Positions 48,045 to 56,483 of a stretch of DNA of 64,000 nucleotides are shown piece by piece. The DNA comes from an uncultured Eisenbergiella sp. (GTDB taxonomy: Bacteria > Bacillota > Clostridia > Lachnospirales > Lachnospiraceae). The position numbers and the translations under genes were made by a program. Each line of letters begins with the position of its first letter. Within the stretch, counting starts at the first letter, position 1. The notes under the pieces were generated by a model. It was given only the letters and a program-made list of their open reading frames with translations, had not been told where the DNA came from and did no database searches. The DNA lies in NCBI GenBank assembly GCA_947598825.1, contig CANQFM010000012.1:1041-65040 (forward strand), written 5' to 3'.

Positions 48045-49859
48045 ATGCAGAGGGACAATTCTTTCGGGGAACTGCTGTTTCGTTTGCGGGAACGAAAAGG
48101 GGTCAGCCAGTCGAGACTGTGCAGGGGCCTGTGTTCCGTTTCCGCGCTTTCGAGGTACGAAAGAGGAGAGCGGGCGCCCCATATGCTTTTGTTTAACGCA
48201 TTGATGCAGAGACTGGGAGCATCGGTGGTCAGCCTAAACGCGGTGATATCCATCCGGGAATATCACTATCTGTCCTGGAAAGGGCAGATCCTGCAGGCGG
48301 CCAGAGAAAATCGGATCCGAACCGTGCAGGAGTTGCTTAAGGATCCCGTTTCCCTTGGCGAAGTGGGAGATCGCGCCCTGCAGGAACAGTTTTTGTATGT
48401 TATGCGGTCTTTTCTGCAGGAACGGCGGGGAAAGGATTCCGAAAGTATGGAGCTTTTGAAAAAAGCGGCCAGTCTTACCGTCCCCGTGGATCGCGTACCG
48501 TTTCGGGAGCTTCTTTTGAGTGCCGGGGAGACATTTATTCTGGTGAAGCTGTCGGATCTTTTGGTAAAAAACGGCGAAAAAGCGCAGGCTGGAAAGCTGC
48601 TTTGGGAACTCATAGGTTATTTGGAAAGGAATATGGAAGATGAGATGCGAAGCATCCTGTATCCGCAGGTAGTCCGGATTCTGGCCCCGCTCCTTCTGGA
48701 AGAAAGACGCTTTTCGGAATGCGGACAGTTGTGCCGTAAAGCCATAGAAATGCTGCGGGACACGGGACATCTTGCGGATATGGAGGAATTGCTCTCCTGT
48801 TATCTGCGCTGCGATTGCCAGGGGGAGTATGCCGGGCGGTGCCGGAAATGGCTGTGGACGGTTCGGGAGATTTTCCGACGGTATCCTGTGGAAAAAAATA
48901 ACGGCATCTTTCCCTGTCAGTGGGAGCAGGAGCTTTATCTGATCCAGGAGATGATCCGCGCCTACCGGGTCATGGACGGTCTGTCTCAGGAGGAAATGAG
49001 CGGCCTGCTGTTTTCTCCCGAGACTTTATCCCGGGCGGAAAACGGGAAGCATACCTTGCATACGGAGCATTATTTTGCGGTGCGCGAAAGACTGTCGGTG
49101 GAGGAGGAATTTATCAATCCGCGGCTGCATACGAGGGATTACTTTATTCTGGAGAAAATGCAAAAGGTATACCGGGCCATTTCCACGACCCGCTATGAGG
49201 ATGCGGAAAGGGAATTGGCGCAGGTAAGGGCGAGCCTTGAAAAAAGCGGCGAGTTGTCGGACGAATATAATCAGAGTGTTCTGGAGATGACAAATGTTAC
49301 CATTCTTTCTTCTTTAAAAAAGGTGGGAAGGAAAGAAGTGATCGCATCCTGCGAAAGATTCTTAAAGTGCGAGTATCCGGATATTTTCGAGGAGCCTTTC
49401 TGGAACCGGTATCTTTCAAAGGCCAGGGCGGAAGCCCTAAATCACATCGCCGTGGCGATTGTTTCAACAGAGCGGGAAAAGGCGGTTTTTATCTGGGAGC
49501 ATCTTCTGGAGCAGTTGAAAAAGAGCCGGGTTTTACTGCCGGACAGGTACAGTTCGGCCATGCTTCCTATCGTCAATCTTTCGACCTGTTATGGAATGAT
49601 GGGCCGCTATCAGGACTGCGTCAGGATATGCCTTGCAGGTATTTCTCTTTGCTGTCAAAAGGATAGATATATAACTTTCAGTAAACTGATGGGCAATTAT
49701 GGGGAAACGCGCATCTTCCTTGGTGATCAGAAAGAGGATTATCGGGAGATGTTCCGGCAGGTCTATTATCTGGCGGATTTGTTTCAAATCAAGAAGGAAA
49801 TGAAATATTACGACAGATATTACAGGGAAAACTTTGACAGGGATGTTGAGTGGTATTAA
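48045..49859 (+). CDS. Tandem (XRE-HTH + TPR-like) x2 transcriptional regulator, Rgg/RRNPP-like
   Basis: HTH1 LLFRLRERKGVSQSRLCRGLCSVSALSRYERGER. HTH2 (from 48951) MIRAYRVMDGLSQEEMSGLLFSPETLSRAENGK. Each is followed by about 240 aa of amphipathic helical repeats. GGAG RBS before ATG 48045. Confidence 0.82.
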   Translation: MQRDNSFGELLFRLRERKGVSQSRLCRGLCSVSALSRYERGERAPHMLLFNALMQRLGASVVSLNAVISIREYHYLSWKGQILQAARENRIRTVQELLKDPVSLGEVGDRALQEQFLYVMRSFLQERRGKDSESMELLKKAASLTVPVDRVPFRELLLSAGETFILVKLSDLLVKNGEKAQAGKLLWELIGYLERNMEDEMRSILYPQVVRILAPLLLEERRFSECGQLCRKAIEMLRDTGHLADMEELLSCYLRCDCQGEYAGRCRKWLWTVREIFRRYPVEKNNGIFPCQWEQELYLIQEMIRAYRVMDGLSQEEMSGLLFSPETLSRAENGKHTLHTEHYFAVRERLSVEEEFINPRLHTRDYFILEKMQKVYRAISTTRYEDAERELAQVRASLEKSGELSDEYNQSVLEMTNVTILSSLKKVGRKEVIASCERFLKCEYPDIFEEPFWNRYLSKARAEALNHIAVAIVSTEREKAVFIWEHLLEQLKKSRVLLPDRYSSAMLPIVNLSTCYGMMGRYQDCVRICLAGISLCCQKDRYITFSKLMGNYGETRIFLGDQKEDYREMFRQVYYLADLFQIKKEMKYYDRYYRENFDRDVEWY

Positions 49860-50044
49860 ATTATAGATTCTTTATAGTCTTCCCCATCGTAATTTGGTTC
49901 GCAAGATTCTTCATATTCGGTGACAACGTCTTGCCCGGGTTTGCCGATAGAAGGACAGAGAGGATGCAGGATTTCTGAACCCAGTACCTCTGTGAATATC
50001 AGAAAGGAAAAGAACGGAATCACTAGTTTAAAAAAAGTTTTCAT
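49856..50044 (-). CDS. 62-aa exported peptide, candidate signalling-peptide precursor
   Basis: AGAGGTGA RBS and TATAAT (50063-50068). MKTFFK, a hydrophobic core LVIPFFSFLIFTEVLG, then an acidic tail. The stop overlaps the regulator stop. Confidence 0.7.
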   Translation of the reverse strand: MKTFFKLVIPFFSFLIFTEVLGSEILHPLCPSIGKPGQDVVTEYEESCEPNYDGEDYKESII

Positions 50045-50087
50045 GACATCACCTCTATTGTTATTATATGGATATATATGCTATGCC

Positions 50088-50131
50088 ACCATGACATTTC
50101 CGGGGAATTATTTCCCCGGAAATGTCATGGT
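50088..50131. promoter_or_regulatory. Perfect 44-bp palindrome in a divergent promoter region
   Basis: ACCATGACATTTCCGGGGAA-TTAT-TTCCCCGGAAATGTCATGGT, 20-bp arms. Confidence 0.85.
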
Positions 50132-50399
50132 TATTTGGAGAAAGGGACTGATATAATATAACTAGCTATAATAGGGGGCGATTTTGAGTAAAGAAATAAC
50201 ACAAATACAATATCAGAGATATATAATACCATGGGTTTTACAAAGCCGATTGAACAAAGTTATCAAGGTACATGTTTATGTATCTGGAAAATATTATACG
50301 AGGGGGAATAAATATGAAGGCCAGAAGTCCATAGTATTTTGAAAAAATTATATAACGGATCATATGTAGAGTAAAAAGTAGAGGAGGGAATAGAAGTAC

Positions 50400-50792
50400 A
50401 TGAAGAAAACAATACTTTTATTTGCAATATGCCTAATTTTTGGCAATAGTATAACAGCGTTTGCAGATACGGGGAAATTTTATTTCCGTATTGAACCTGG
50501 AAAAACACAAAATTCTTCCGATGTAAAAAAAGCAGATGATGAGCAGAGAGCATATGTCACTTCTACTGTTTCCATAGGTGAAGAATATTTATCTGTGTTT
50601 GTAATTGATTCTGTCGGTGAACAGGTAACCTCCGATTTGAATTTTTATTCTGGTGAACTGGCTACAAAAGTGAGTCCGTATTTGGAAGGAAGCAGGGGAA
50701 TTGCAGGAGAATATTATCGGTTACATGGTTGGGATCGAGATCATGCGATTACGACTTCACAATATATCTTGGAAGGAAAATGGACTCCCTGA
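50400..50792 (+). CDS. AT-rich secreted 130-aa protein of unknown function
   Basis: GAGGAGGG RBS and Sec signal MKKTILLFAICLIFGNSITAFA. Mature part contains KKADDEQRAYVT and ends LEGKWTP. Confidence 0.85.
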   Translation: MKKTILLFAICLIFGNSITAFADTGKFYFRIEPGKTQNSSDVKKADDEQRAYVTSTVSIGEEYLSVFVIDSVGEQVTSDLNFYSGELATKVSPYLEGSRGIAGEYYRLHGWDRDHAITTSQYILEGKWTP

Positions 50793-50819
50793 TCTGACGG
50801 ATTGATAAGAGCTTTGAGC

Positions 50820-50850
50820 GTCCGCCTGAGGAAATTCTTCTCAGGCGGAC
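50820..50850 (+). other. Intercistronic stem-loop without a U-tail after the secreted-protein gene
   Basis: GTCCGCCTGAG / CTCAGGCGGAC 11-bp perfect arms. Confidence 0.7.
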
Positions 50851-50870
50851 TTGGAAGTACGGAGAAAAAG

Positions 50871-51524
50871 ATGACGGAAGAAAAGCACAGTTTACAGATT
50901 AAAAACGTGGGAAAGCGCTTTGGCGCCAGACAGGTGCTTGACGGAATATCCCTTTCGGCGCAGGAAGGGACGGCGCTGGGTTTTGTTGGACATAACGGCT
51001 CCGGGAAGACCGTTTTGTTTAAATGTATCTGCGGATTTCTGGCGGTCAGTGAGGGAGAAATTCTGATAGACAATATACCGGTGGGAATCGGGGAGAGGAT
51101 GCCCCACAATATTGCCTGCTCCATAGAGGAACCGGCGTTTCTGGAAGAATACAGCGGGTTACAGAATCTGGATTTTCTGTATCGGTTAAGGCACAGAAAG
51201 GACAGGCAGAAAATGCGGGATTTCATGGAACTGGTGCATCTCGATTCGACGGACAAAAAAAGAGTCGGGAAATATTCCCTGGGGATGAAACAGCGGCTGG
51301 CACTTGCGCAGGTGCTGATGGAGGATCAGCCGTTCCTTATCCTGGACGAGCCGATGAACGGGCTGGACAGGCAGGGGAGTTCGTTGATCCGGGAACTTTT
51401 GCTGGAGGAAAAGAGGAAAGGCAAGATTATCCTGCTGGCCAGTCATAATCCTCAGGACATTGATATTCTATGCGACCGGGTGTATGAGCTGGAAAACGGG
51501 AGGATCGTGTATGAAAAAGGGTAA
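50871..51524 (+). CDS. ABC transporter ATP-binding protein (CcmA/BcrA-like)
   Basis: GHNGSGKT, YSLGMKQRLALAQ, ILDEPMNGLD, LASHN. Confidence 0.93.
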   Translation: MTEEKHSLQIKNVGKRFGARQVLDGISLSAQEGTALGFVGHNGSGKTVLFKCICGFLAVSEGEILIDNIPVGIGERMPHNIACSIEEPAFLEEYSGLQNLDFLYRLRHRKDRQKMRDFMELVHLDSTDKKRVGKYSLGMKQRLALAQVLMEDQPFLILDEPMNGLDRQGSSLIRELLLEEKRKGKIILLASHNPQDIDILCDRVYELENGRIVYEKG

Positions 51525-52614
51525 TATCGGGATTTTGGCGCTTCTTTTGCTGATTGTGTGCGTATTCGCATATTCCTATCTTTTGCCGGGGCGCAGGGTG
51601 TCAGGCGGAGGGAGCGGCGGGGAAGAATCGCTGGAAATCCCCGACGCATACCAAGAGGTTCTTAATGGGAATCATGAAATTGACGCCCAGGTGAATGTAC
51701 CGGACTGTATCCGGGAAAAGGGCTTTCGGGAAGCGTGGGCCGTTCCGGCTTCCAATGATCATCAAACGGTCTTGTCGCTGTTTGAGGAATATGCTCCCAG
51801 ACAGGTTGAGGTGGACGATTCTATGACGGAAAAGCTGTGCAGATACGAGGGGGAAGATGGGTTTTTCCTCCTGCTTTTTTATGGAGACAGCCATGCTTCG
51901 ATGTCCAGCAGGCAGGGCGATTGTATCAAAATGGCTTACCGGTACGATGAAAGGACGGACGGTTATAACAGAGAACTCTATTCTCTGACGCAGCAATTGT
52001 CTTCTTTCCCCCGTCGGGAATGTGAAGAAAGAATCCGTGCGATGTGCAGAGCCCTTGGCGTAAAAGGAGATTATAGGGTTGCCGCCCGTTTGATGGAGCA
52101 TGAAACCATGGAGCGGGAGGCTGTCCAGTTAAATAAGGACGGAACAGAGCAAAAACCCGATTATACGTTTGGAGAAGCGGATGACGGGTATTTTTGCACG
52201 ATTTCCCAACTGTGCAACGATATTCCGGTTCTTTATTCCTATTCGGCGGGCCTGGTCGAAAGCGACGTCCTCAATTACGGGCCAATCGAATGCTATCTCA
52301 CAAAGGAACGAATCCCGTTTTTATATGTGGATTACGCTTTCGATATCACTTACGAGGAAAGTTATCTGAAACTGCTTCCCTTTGCGCGGGTGGTAGAGCG
52401 ATATTGGGAAACAAGGGAACTGGAAGCAGCCACAAAGCATTCCAGAATTACCCGGATTGAATTGCGGGCGCTGGCAGTACAGGACGGCACCCATTCCTGC
52501 CGCATAGAACCGGTCTGGTTTTTTGCGGGATATGAATGGAACGACGGGGAAATCTCGCTTCCGGAGCTGCCTTTTTCGGTTGGAATCCATGCGGTAACGG
52601 GAGAGGAAGTGTGA
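51511..52614 (+). CDS. Membrane-anchored extracytoplasmic protein of unknown function
   Basis: N-terminal TM ILALLLLIVCVFAYSYLL. C-terminal IEPVWFF..VGIHAVTGEE is PepSY/YycI-like. Overlaps the ATPase stop. Confidence 0.75.
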   Translation: MKKGNIGILALLLLIVCVFAYSYLLPGRRVSGGGSGGEESLEIPDAYQEVLNGNHEIDAQVNVPDCIREKGFREAWAVPASNDHQTVLSLFEEYAPRQVEVDDSMTEKLCRYEGEDGFFLLLFYGDSHASMSSRQGDCIKMAYRYDERTDGYNRELYSLTQQLSSFPRRECEERIRAMCRALGVKGDYRVAARLMEHETMEREAVQLNKDGTEQKPDYTFGEADDGYFCTISQLCNDIPVLYSYSAGLVESDVLNYGPIECYLTKERIPFLYVDYAFDITYEESYLKLLPFARVVERYWETRELEAATKHSRITRIELRALAVQDGTHSCRIEPVWFFAGYEWNDGEISLPELPFSVGIHAVTGEEV

Positions 52615-52618
52615 TAAG

Positions 52619-53446
52619 ATGTTGCGAGGCGTAGGAACAGAAAAAAAAGGGAAAAGAAGATACGGCATTTATTTGACGGATCTGCGGCGCGCTTTTCTTT
52701 CCCCGTCCTTTCTTGTAGCTGCGGCGGCCGGAACGGCAGTTTGTTTTCTTTCTTTGAAATCCGTAAATTATGAACGTTACCCGGACAAGGATGCCGTGTA
52801 TGCCTGGTGGGTGATCAACGGCACCAGCATTTCCCTGCTGGCCCATTTAACGGGGCTGATCCCATATTCTCTCTGTTTTTACCGGGACTTTTGCAGAGGA
52901 AATTATAAAAATATGCTTTCCCGCATTGGTCTGGAGGATTATGTGCTGTCTAAGGCGTTTGCCGCTTTTCTTTCGTCTGCGGCGGCCTTTGCGGCAGGAA
53001 AGCTGTTGTTTGTGTACCTGTTTGTCCAAAAGTATCCGTTTTTATCCGGTGAGAATACACTCCTTTCCATTTCGGCATCTTACCGGCTGTTTTATTCCTT
53101 TTTGGTCAAAGGGCAGTACCCGGCTTATTTTCTGGCCGCTTCTCTGATGCAGGCCATGTATTGCGGGATTCTGTGTCTGTTTGTGCTGGGAGTATCCATT
53201 GTCATCCCCAGGCCGGATGTCTTATATGCCGTTCCCATCGCGGTTTTTTATGTGGTAAATTTTTATCTGAGAGATAGGCTGCATCTGTCTCCGCTTTTGG
53301 ATTTCCCCTATATTTTTGATGGGGAAACCCGTTTGTTTTCTAACGATGCGGCCGGAGTCTGGTATGCGGCTGCCGTGACGGCCGTTATGTTTTTACTCCT
53401 GTATGCGGGTATGCTCCGGCTGGTGAAAAAGAGGGTATACGGATGA
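52619..53446 (+). CDS. Six-TM membrane protein, probable ABC-2-like permease subunit
   Basis: Six hydrophobic segments and YKNMLSRIG..YVLSKA motif. Coupled to neighbours. Confidence 0.75.
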   Translation: MLRGVGTEKKGKRRYGIYLTDLRRAFLSPSFLVAAAAGTAVCFLSLKSVNYERYPDKDAVYAWWVINGTSISLLAHLTGLIPYSLCFYRDFCRGNYKNMLSRIGLEDYVLSKAFAAFLSSAAAFAAGKLLFVYLFVQKYPFLSGENTLLSISASYRLFYSFLVKGQYPAYFLAASLMQAMYCGILCLFVLGVSIVIPRPDVLYAVPIAVFYVVNFYLRDRLHLSPLLDFPYIFDGETRLFSNDAAGVWYAAAVTAVMFLLLYAGMLRLVKKRVYG

Positions 53447-54264
53447 AAAAGGTGCTGTTATATGATCGAATTTTGCTGCGAAAGAATCTGTGCTGTGTGA
53501 GGGCAGCCGTATCGCTGCTGCTTCTTGCCGTGGTGACGGACGCTTTTCTCAAGCCGGTCAGGGCGTTTTGCTACGGGAGAGGGGTAAAAGTGTCTCAGTG
53601 GGGTTTCCCTCTGTTCTGGGGGAATCGATATGTGGGCCTGGCTTTTTTTCTTATTTTTCTTTACGGAGTCTGCGCATTGTCGGAAGAACCGGACAGGGAA
53701 TTGTATATTCTGAACCGGATCGGCAGGAGAAAATGGGTGGCGGGACAATTTCTGTTCCAGATTATGTACGGGTGGATTTACACAGTTTGCCTGTATGCGC
53801 TTCACTTCCTTTTTCTGCTTCCCGTCATGCGTTTTGAGAAAGGATGGGGAGCAGGCTGGAGGATTCTGACGGACGATACGGTGCGGGCGCAGTATCATAT
53901 TCTTTTGGAAATTTCCCGTTATGTATTATCCAACGAGGATCCCGTACTGACTGCAGGCTGGCAGTTTCTGATGCTGGGTCTGACGTTTGGCTTCCTGGGG
54001 GCACTTATGCTCTGGCTGCGTTTTTACGGCCCACTCTGGGGGGCAGCCGCCGGGACATTTTTCATTTTCTGGAGTATTTCGCTGGAGCGGTTCGGAGATC
54101 GGATGTACCGGTTCTCGCCCCTGTCCTGGATACAGAAAAACCGAATATACCAGACGGCGCATCCGCTGTATCCGACCACCGCTTATGCGGTGGCCATGTT
54201 GATTTTGTTCACACTTTTGTTTTTTTGTATGGCGCAGAGGGAAGCGATGCGGGCGGAACTTTGA
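53443..54264 (+). CDS. Six-TM membrane protein, probable second permease subunit
   Basis: ATGA overlap with the previous gene, YILNRIGRRKWV motif, FSPLSW, six hydrophobic segments. Confidence 0.75.
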   Translation: MKKVLLYDRILLRKNLCCVRAAVSLLLLAVVTDAFLKPVRAFCYGRGVKVSQWGFPLFWGNRYVGLAFFLIFLYGVCALSEEPDRELYILNRIGRRKWVAGQFLFQIMYGWIYTVCLYALHFLFLLPVMRFEKGWGAGWRILTDDTVRAQYHILLEISRYVLSNEDPVLTAGWQFLMLGLTFGFLGALMLWLRFYGPLWGAAAGTFFIFWSISLERFGDRMYRFSPLSWIQKNRIYQTAHPLYPTTAYAVAMLILFTLLFFCMAQREAMRAEL

Positions 54265-54604
54265 ACCGGAAAAAGGGAAAAGAGAAAGAGGATTTTTCAG
54301 ATGCAATCCGTCTTTCCACAGGCAGAAATCCCTCCGGAAGAATTGCCAGGAGTCCTTTTTGGGGGTAAGATAGCGGTAAAAGGTACAGGGGGGGTTAGTT
54401 CATGTTCCAATTCACCAAAATGGGGAGCGGTATCGGATTCCCGGAGAATCCGACAGTTTCCTGCGGCGGCTGCCAATGTGTCCAATGGGGATCTCAGGAT
54501 GAGCATTATCACGATTCAACTTGGGAAATAACATTATTTCCAGATGCAGGCGGTCAGGATCAGCCATATGTGAATGGCGGTTCGGTAGAGTAGGCACGAT
54601 TTTG

Positions 54605-54643
54605 TCTCCGCAATGCAGGCAATTTATATCTGGATTGCGGAGA
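54605..54643. terminator. Stem-loop between the two ABC modules
   Basis: TCTCCGCAAT / ATTGCGGAGA arms with partial inner pairing. Confidence 0.45.
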
Positions 54644-54682
54644 TGGCCCGTTGGTCGGATACTTCCATAAGGAGCAACCGGT

Positions 54683-56434
54683 ATGGAACTTAGAATTTTA
54701 AAACGGCAGCCCTGGCGATTTTTGATATGTGTCCTGTTTTTGGGTGTTGTGACGGCGGCAGGACTGTTTTTTTCTTTGCAGACCTATATCGACGGTCTCA
54801 ATCTGGACTATGTGAAAGAATACTATGCCTGCACAGGAACCTTGATGGAGGACAGTGTGGCGGGAGAAAGTTATGGATCCAATAGTCCGGAGGTGCGCCC
54901 CCTCCCGCAGGAAGCGATAGATCTTCTTGTAGATTCCGGGCTCGTCCGTCAGGTGGATATTCGGGGAACTCTGTCCGCCAGCATAGAAGGACTGCGCCAG
55001 GTTCCCCGTGATTTTTACTGCTATTCCGCCAGAAATCTTTGCATTCTGGACGGCAGAGTCCGGAACCATGATCTGGGGGATGGCACCAGGGCCAGCGAGC
55101 GGGGACTGTACCGCTATGGGGATTGCTACTTGATGGATGTGACCGTTTATATGGGGCCGCCGGAGTTAAAAAGCCGGATAGCAAAGGTGGATAATCTGGC
55201 TGTGGTCTATCGTGTTCCCATGGGGGAGGAGGATCCGTTCGCAACAGGCGGCCGGTATCTGATAACCGGTTTTACCTGTATTGCCGAAGGAGCGGCATCA
55301 GACGGCACCTTTGCCCATGTGGAGGTCGCCGGCATAATGTTTGGCAGGCATAGAGAGGAATGTTCTGTCTATACCGAAACCCTGTATCCCAAGGCCGTGC
55401 TCCCGTTGGAGGATGATACGGCGGCAGAGGAGATATCGGCCATCCTTTCGGAGAGGGGCTGGGATAAATTCACAGAGCAGGAGGAACGTTTGGACAGTGT
55501 TTTTACGGTGCGTACCGTCCGGGATATGAACCTTCTGCTGCCGGTCGCACAGGAGGAGATGTTCTATGCTTCCGGCCGGGGCATTCTGCCGGGCGATAAG
55601 GGGAAAAGGGTATGCGTCATCAGCGAGGAACTGGCCCTGGAAAACGGCCTGCAGATCGGGGATGTTCTTCCTCTGGCCCTGGCGGAAGGGGCCTACACCA
55701 TAGCGGGCTATGAAACGGGCCTGCCCCTGCTGGGGGAAACGCTTACCCTCCCGTATGGGGAACCGGAAGCATATGAGATCATCGGGACATATGCCTTTCT
55801 CCGGCATGATGCGCTGGGCGATCCGTTCCAGTTTTCCTACAACGATATTTTCATACCGGCAAAGGACGGGGAGACGTTGGCGGGCGCACGTCCGTATACC
55901 ATGTCCTTTCAGGTGATGGGAGAGGACTATGATGCGTTCCTGGATGCGGTTGTGCCGCAGATAGAGAAGCTGGGCTGCACGGTCCGGCTTTCCGCCAGCA
56001 GATGGGAAGCTGTAGAGGGAATTTATGCCCAGATCGAAGCGCGCCGCAGGCGGATGCTTGCCGCCGCGGCGGTTACGCTGGCAGGGTGCTGTCTGCTGTA
56101 TGTCGCGCTCATCGGGCTTTTATACCGGCGGGAATTTGCCCTGCGAAAGCTGCTGGGAACACCGGCGCGCCGGGCATGGCGCGCGTATAGCGTTCCCTTT
56201 GGGGCGGCTACGTTCCTGGGCTCCACGGGCGCAATTCTGGCCATACAGGCGCTGTATGGCCGGGTGCTGCGGGCACAGATGGAGCAGATAGTACCGGGCA
56301 ATGCCCCGGACAGCGTACAGGTACTGGTCTTTCTGCTGACGGCGGCTGTGGCGCAGGCGGTTCTTTGTCTTCTTCTGCTCCGTCTGTACTGTCATGTCAC
56401 ACAGCGGCGCGCGGTGCGGATTCTGTTGAAATAA
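54683..56434 (+). CDS. FtsX/MacB-like permease with a large extracellular domain
   Basis: AAGGAG RBS, N-terminal TM, MacB-like VCVISEELALENGLQIGD, three C-terminal TMs with RREFALRKLLG. Confidence 0.8.
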   Translation: MELRILKRQPWRFLICVLFLGVVTAAGLFFSLQTYIDGLNLDYVKEYYACTGTLMEDSVAGESYGSNSPEVRPLPQEAIDLLVDSGLVRQVDIRGTLSASIEGLRQVPRDFYCYSARNLCILDGRVRNHDLGDGTRASERGLYRYGDCYLMDVTVYMGPPELKSRIAKVDNLAVVYRVPMGEEDPFATGGRYLITGFTCIAEGAASDGTFAHVEVAGIMFGRHREECSVYTETLYPKAVLPLEDDTAAEEISAILSERGWDKFTEQEERLDSVFTVRTVRDMNLLLPVAQEEMFYASGRGILPGDKGKRVCVISEELALENGLQIGDVLPLALAEGAYTIAGYETGLPLLGETLTLPYGEPEAYEIIGTYAFLRHDALGDPFQFSYNDIFIPAKDGETLAGARPYTMSFQVMGEDYDAFLDAVVPQIEKLGCTVRLSASRWEAVEGIYAQIEARRRRMLAAAAVTLAGCCLLYVALIGLLYRREFALRKLLGTPARRAWRAYSVPFGAATFLGSTGAILAIQALYGRVLRAQMEQIVPGNAPDSVQVLVFLLTAAVAQAVLCLLLLRLYCHVTQRRAVRILLK

Positions 56435-56483
56435 CGGAGAGAGACGTAGGCGCAATCACGGGTTATCAAGGAGGAGATTACTT

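Noticed and set aside
50263-50553. 96-aa minus-strand ORF in the AT-rich promoter region
   Set aside because: It overlaps the real 50400 gene antisense, and has no RBS and no motif.
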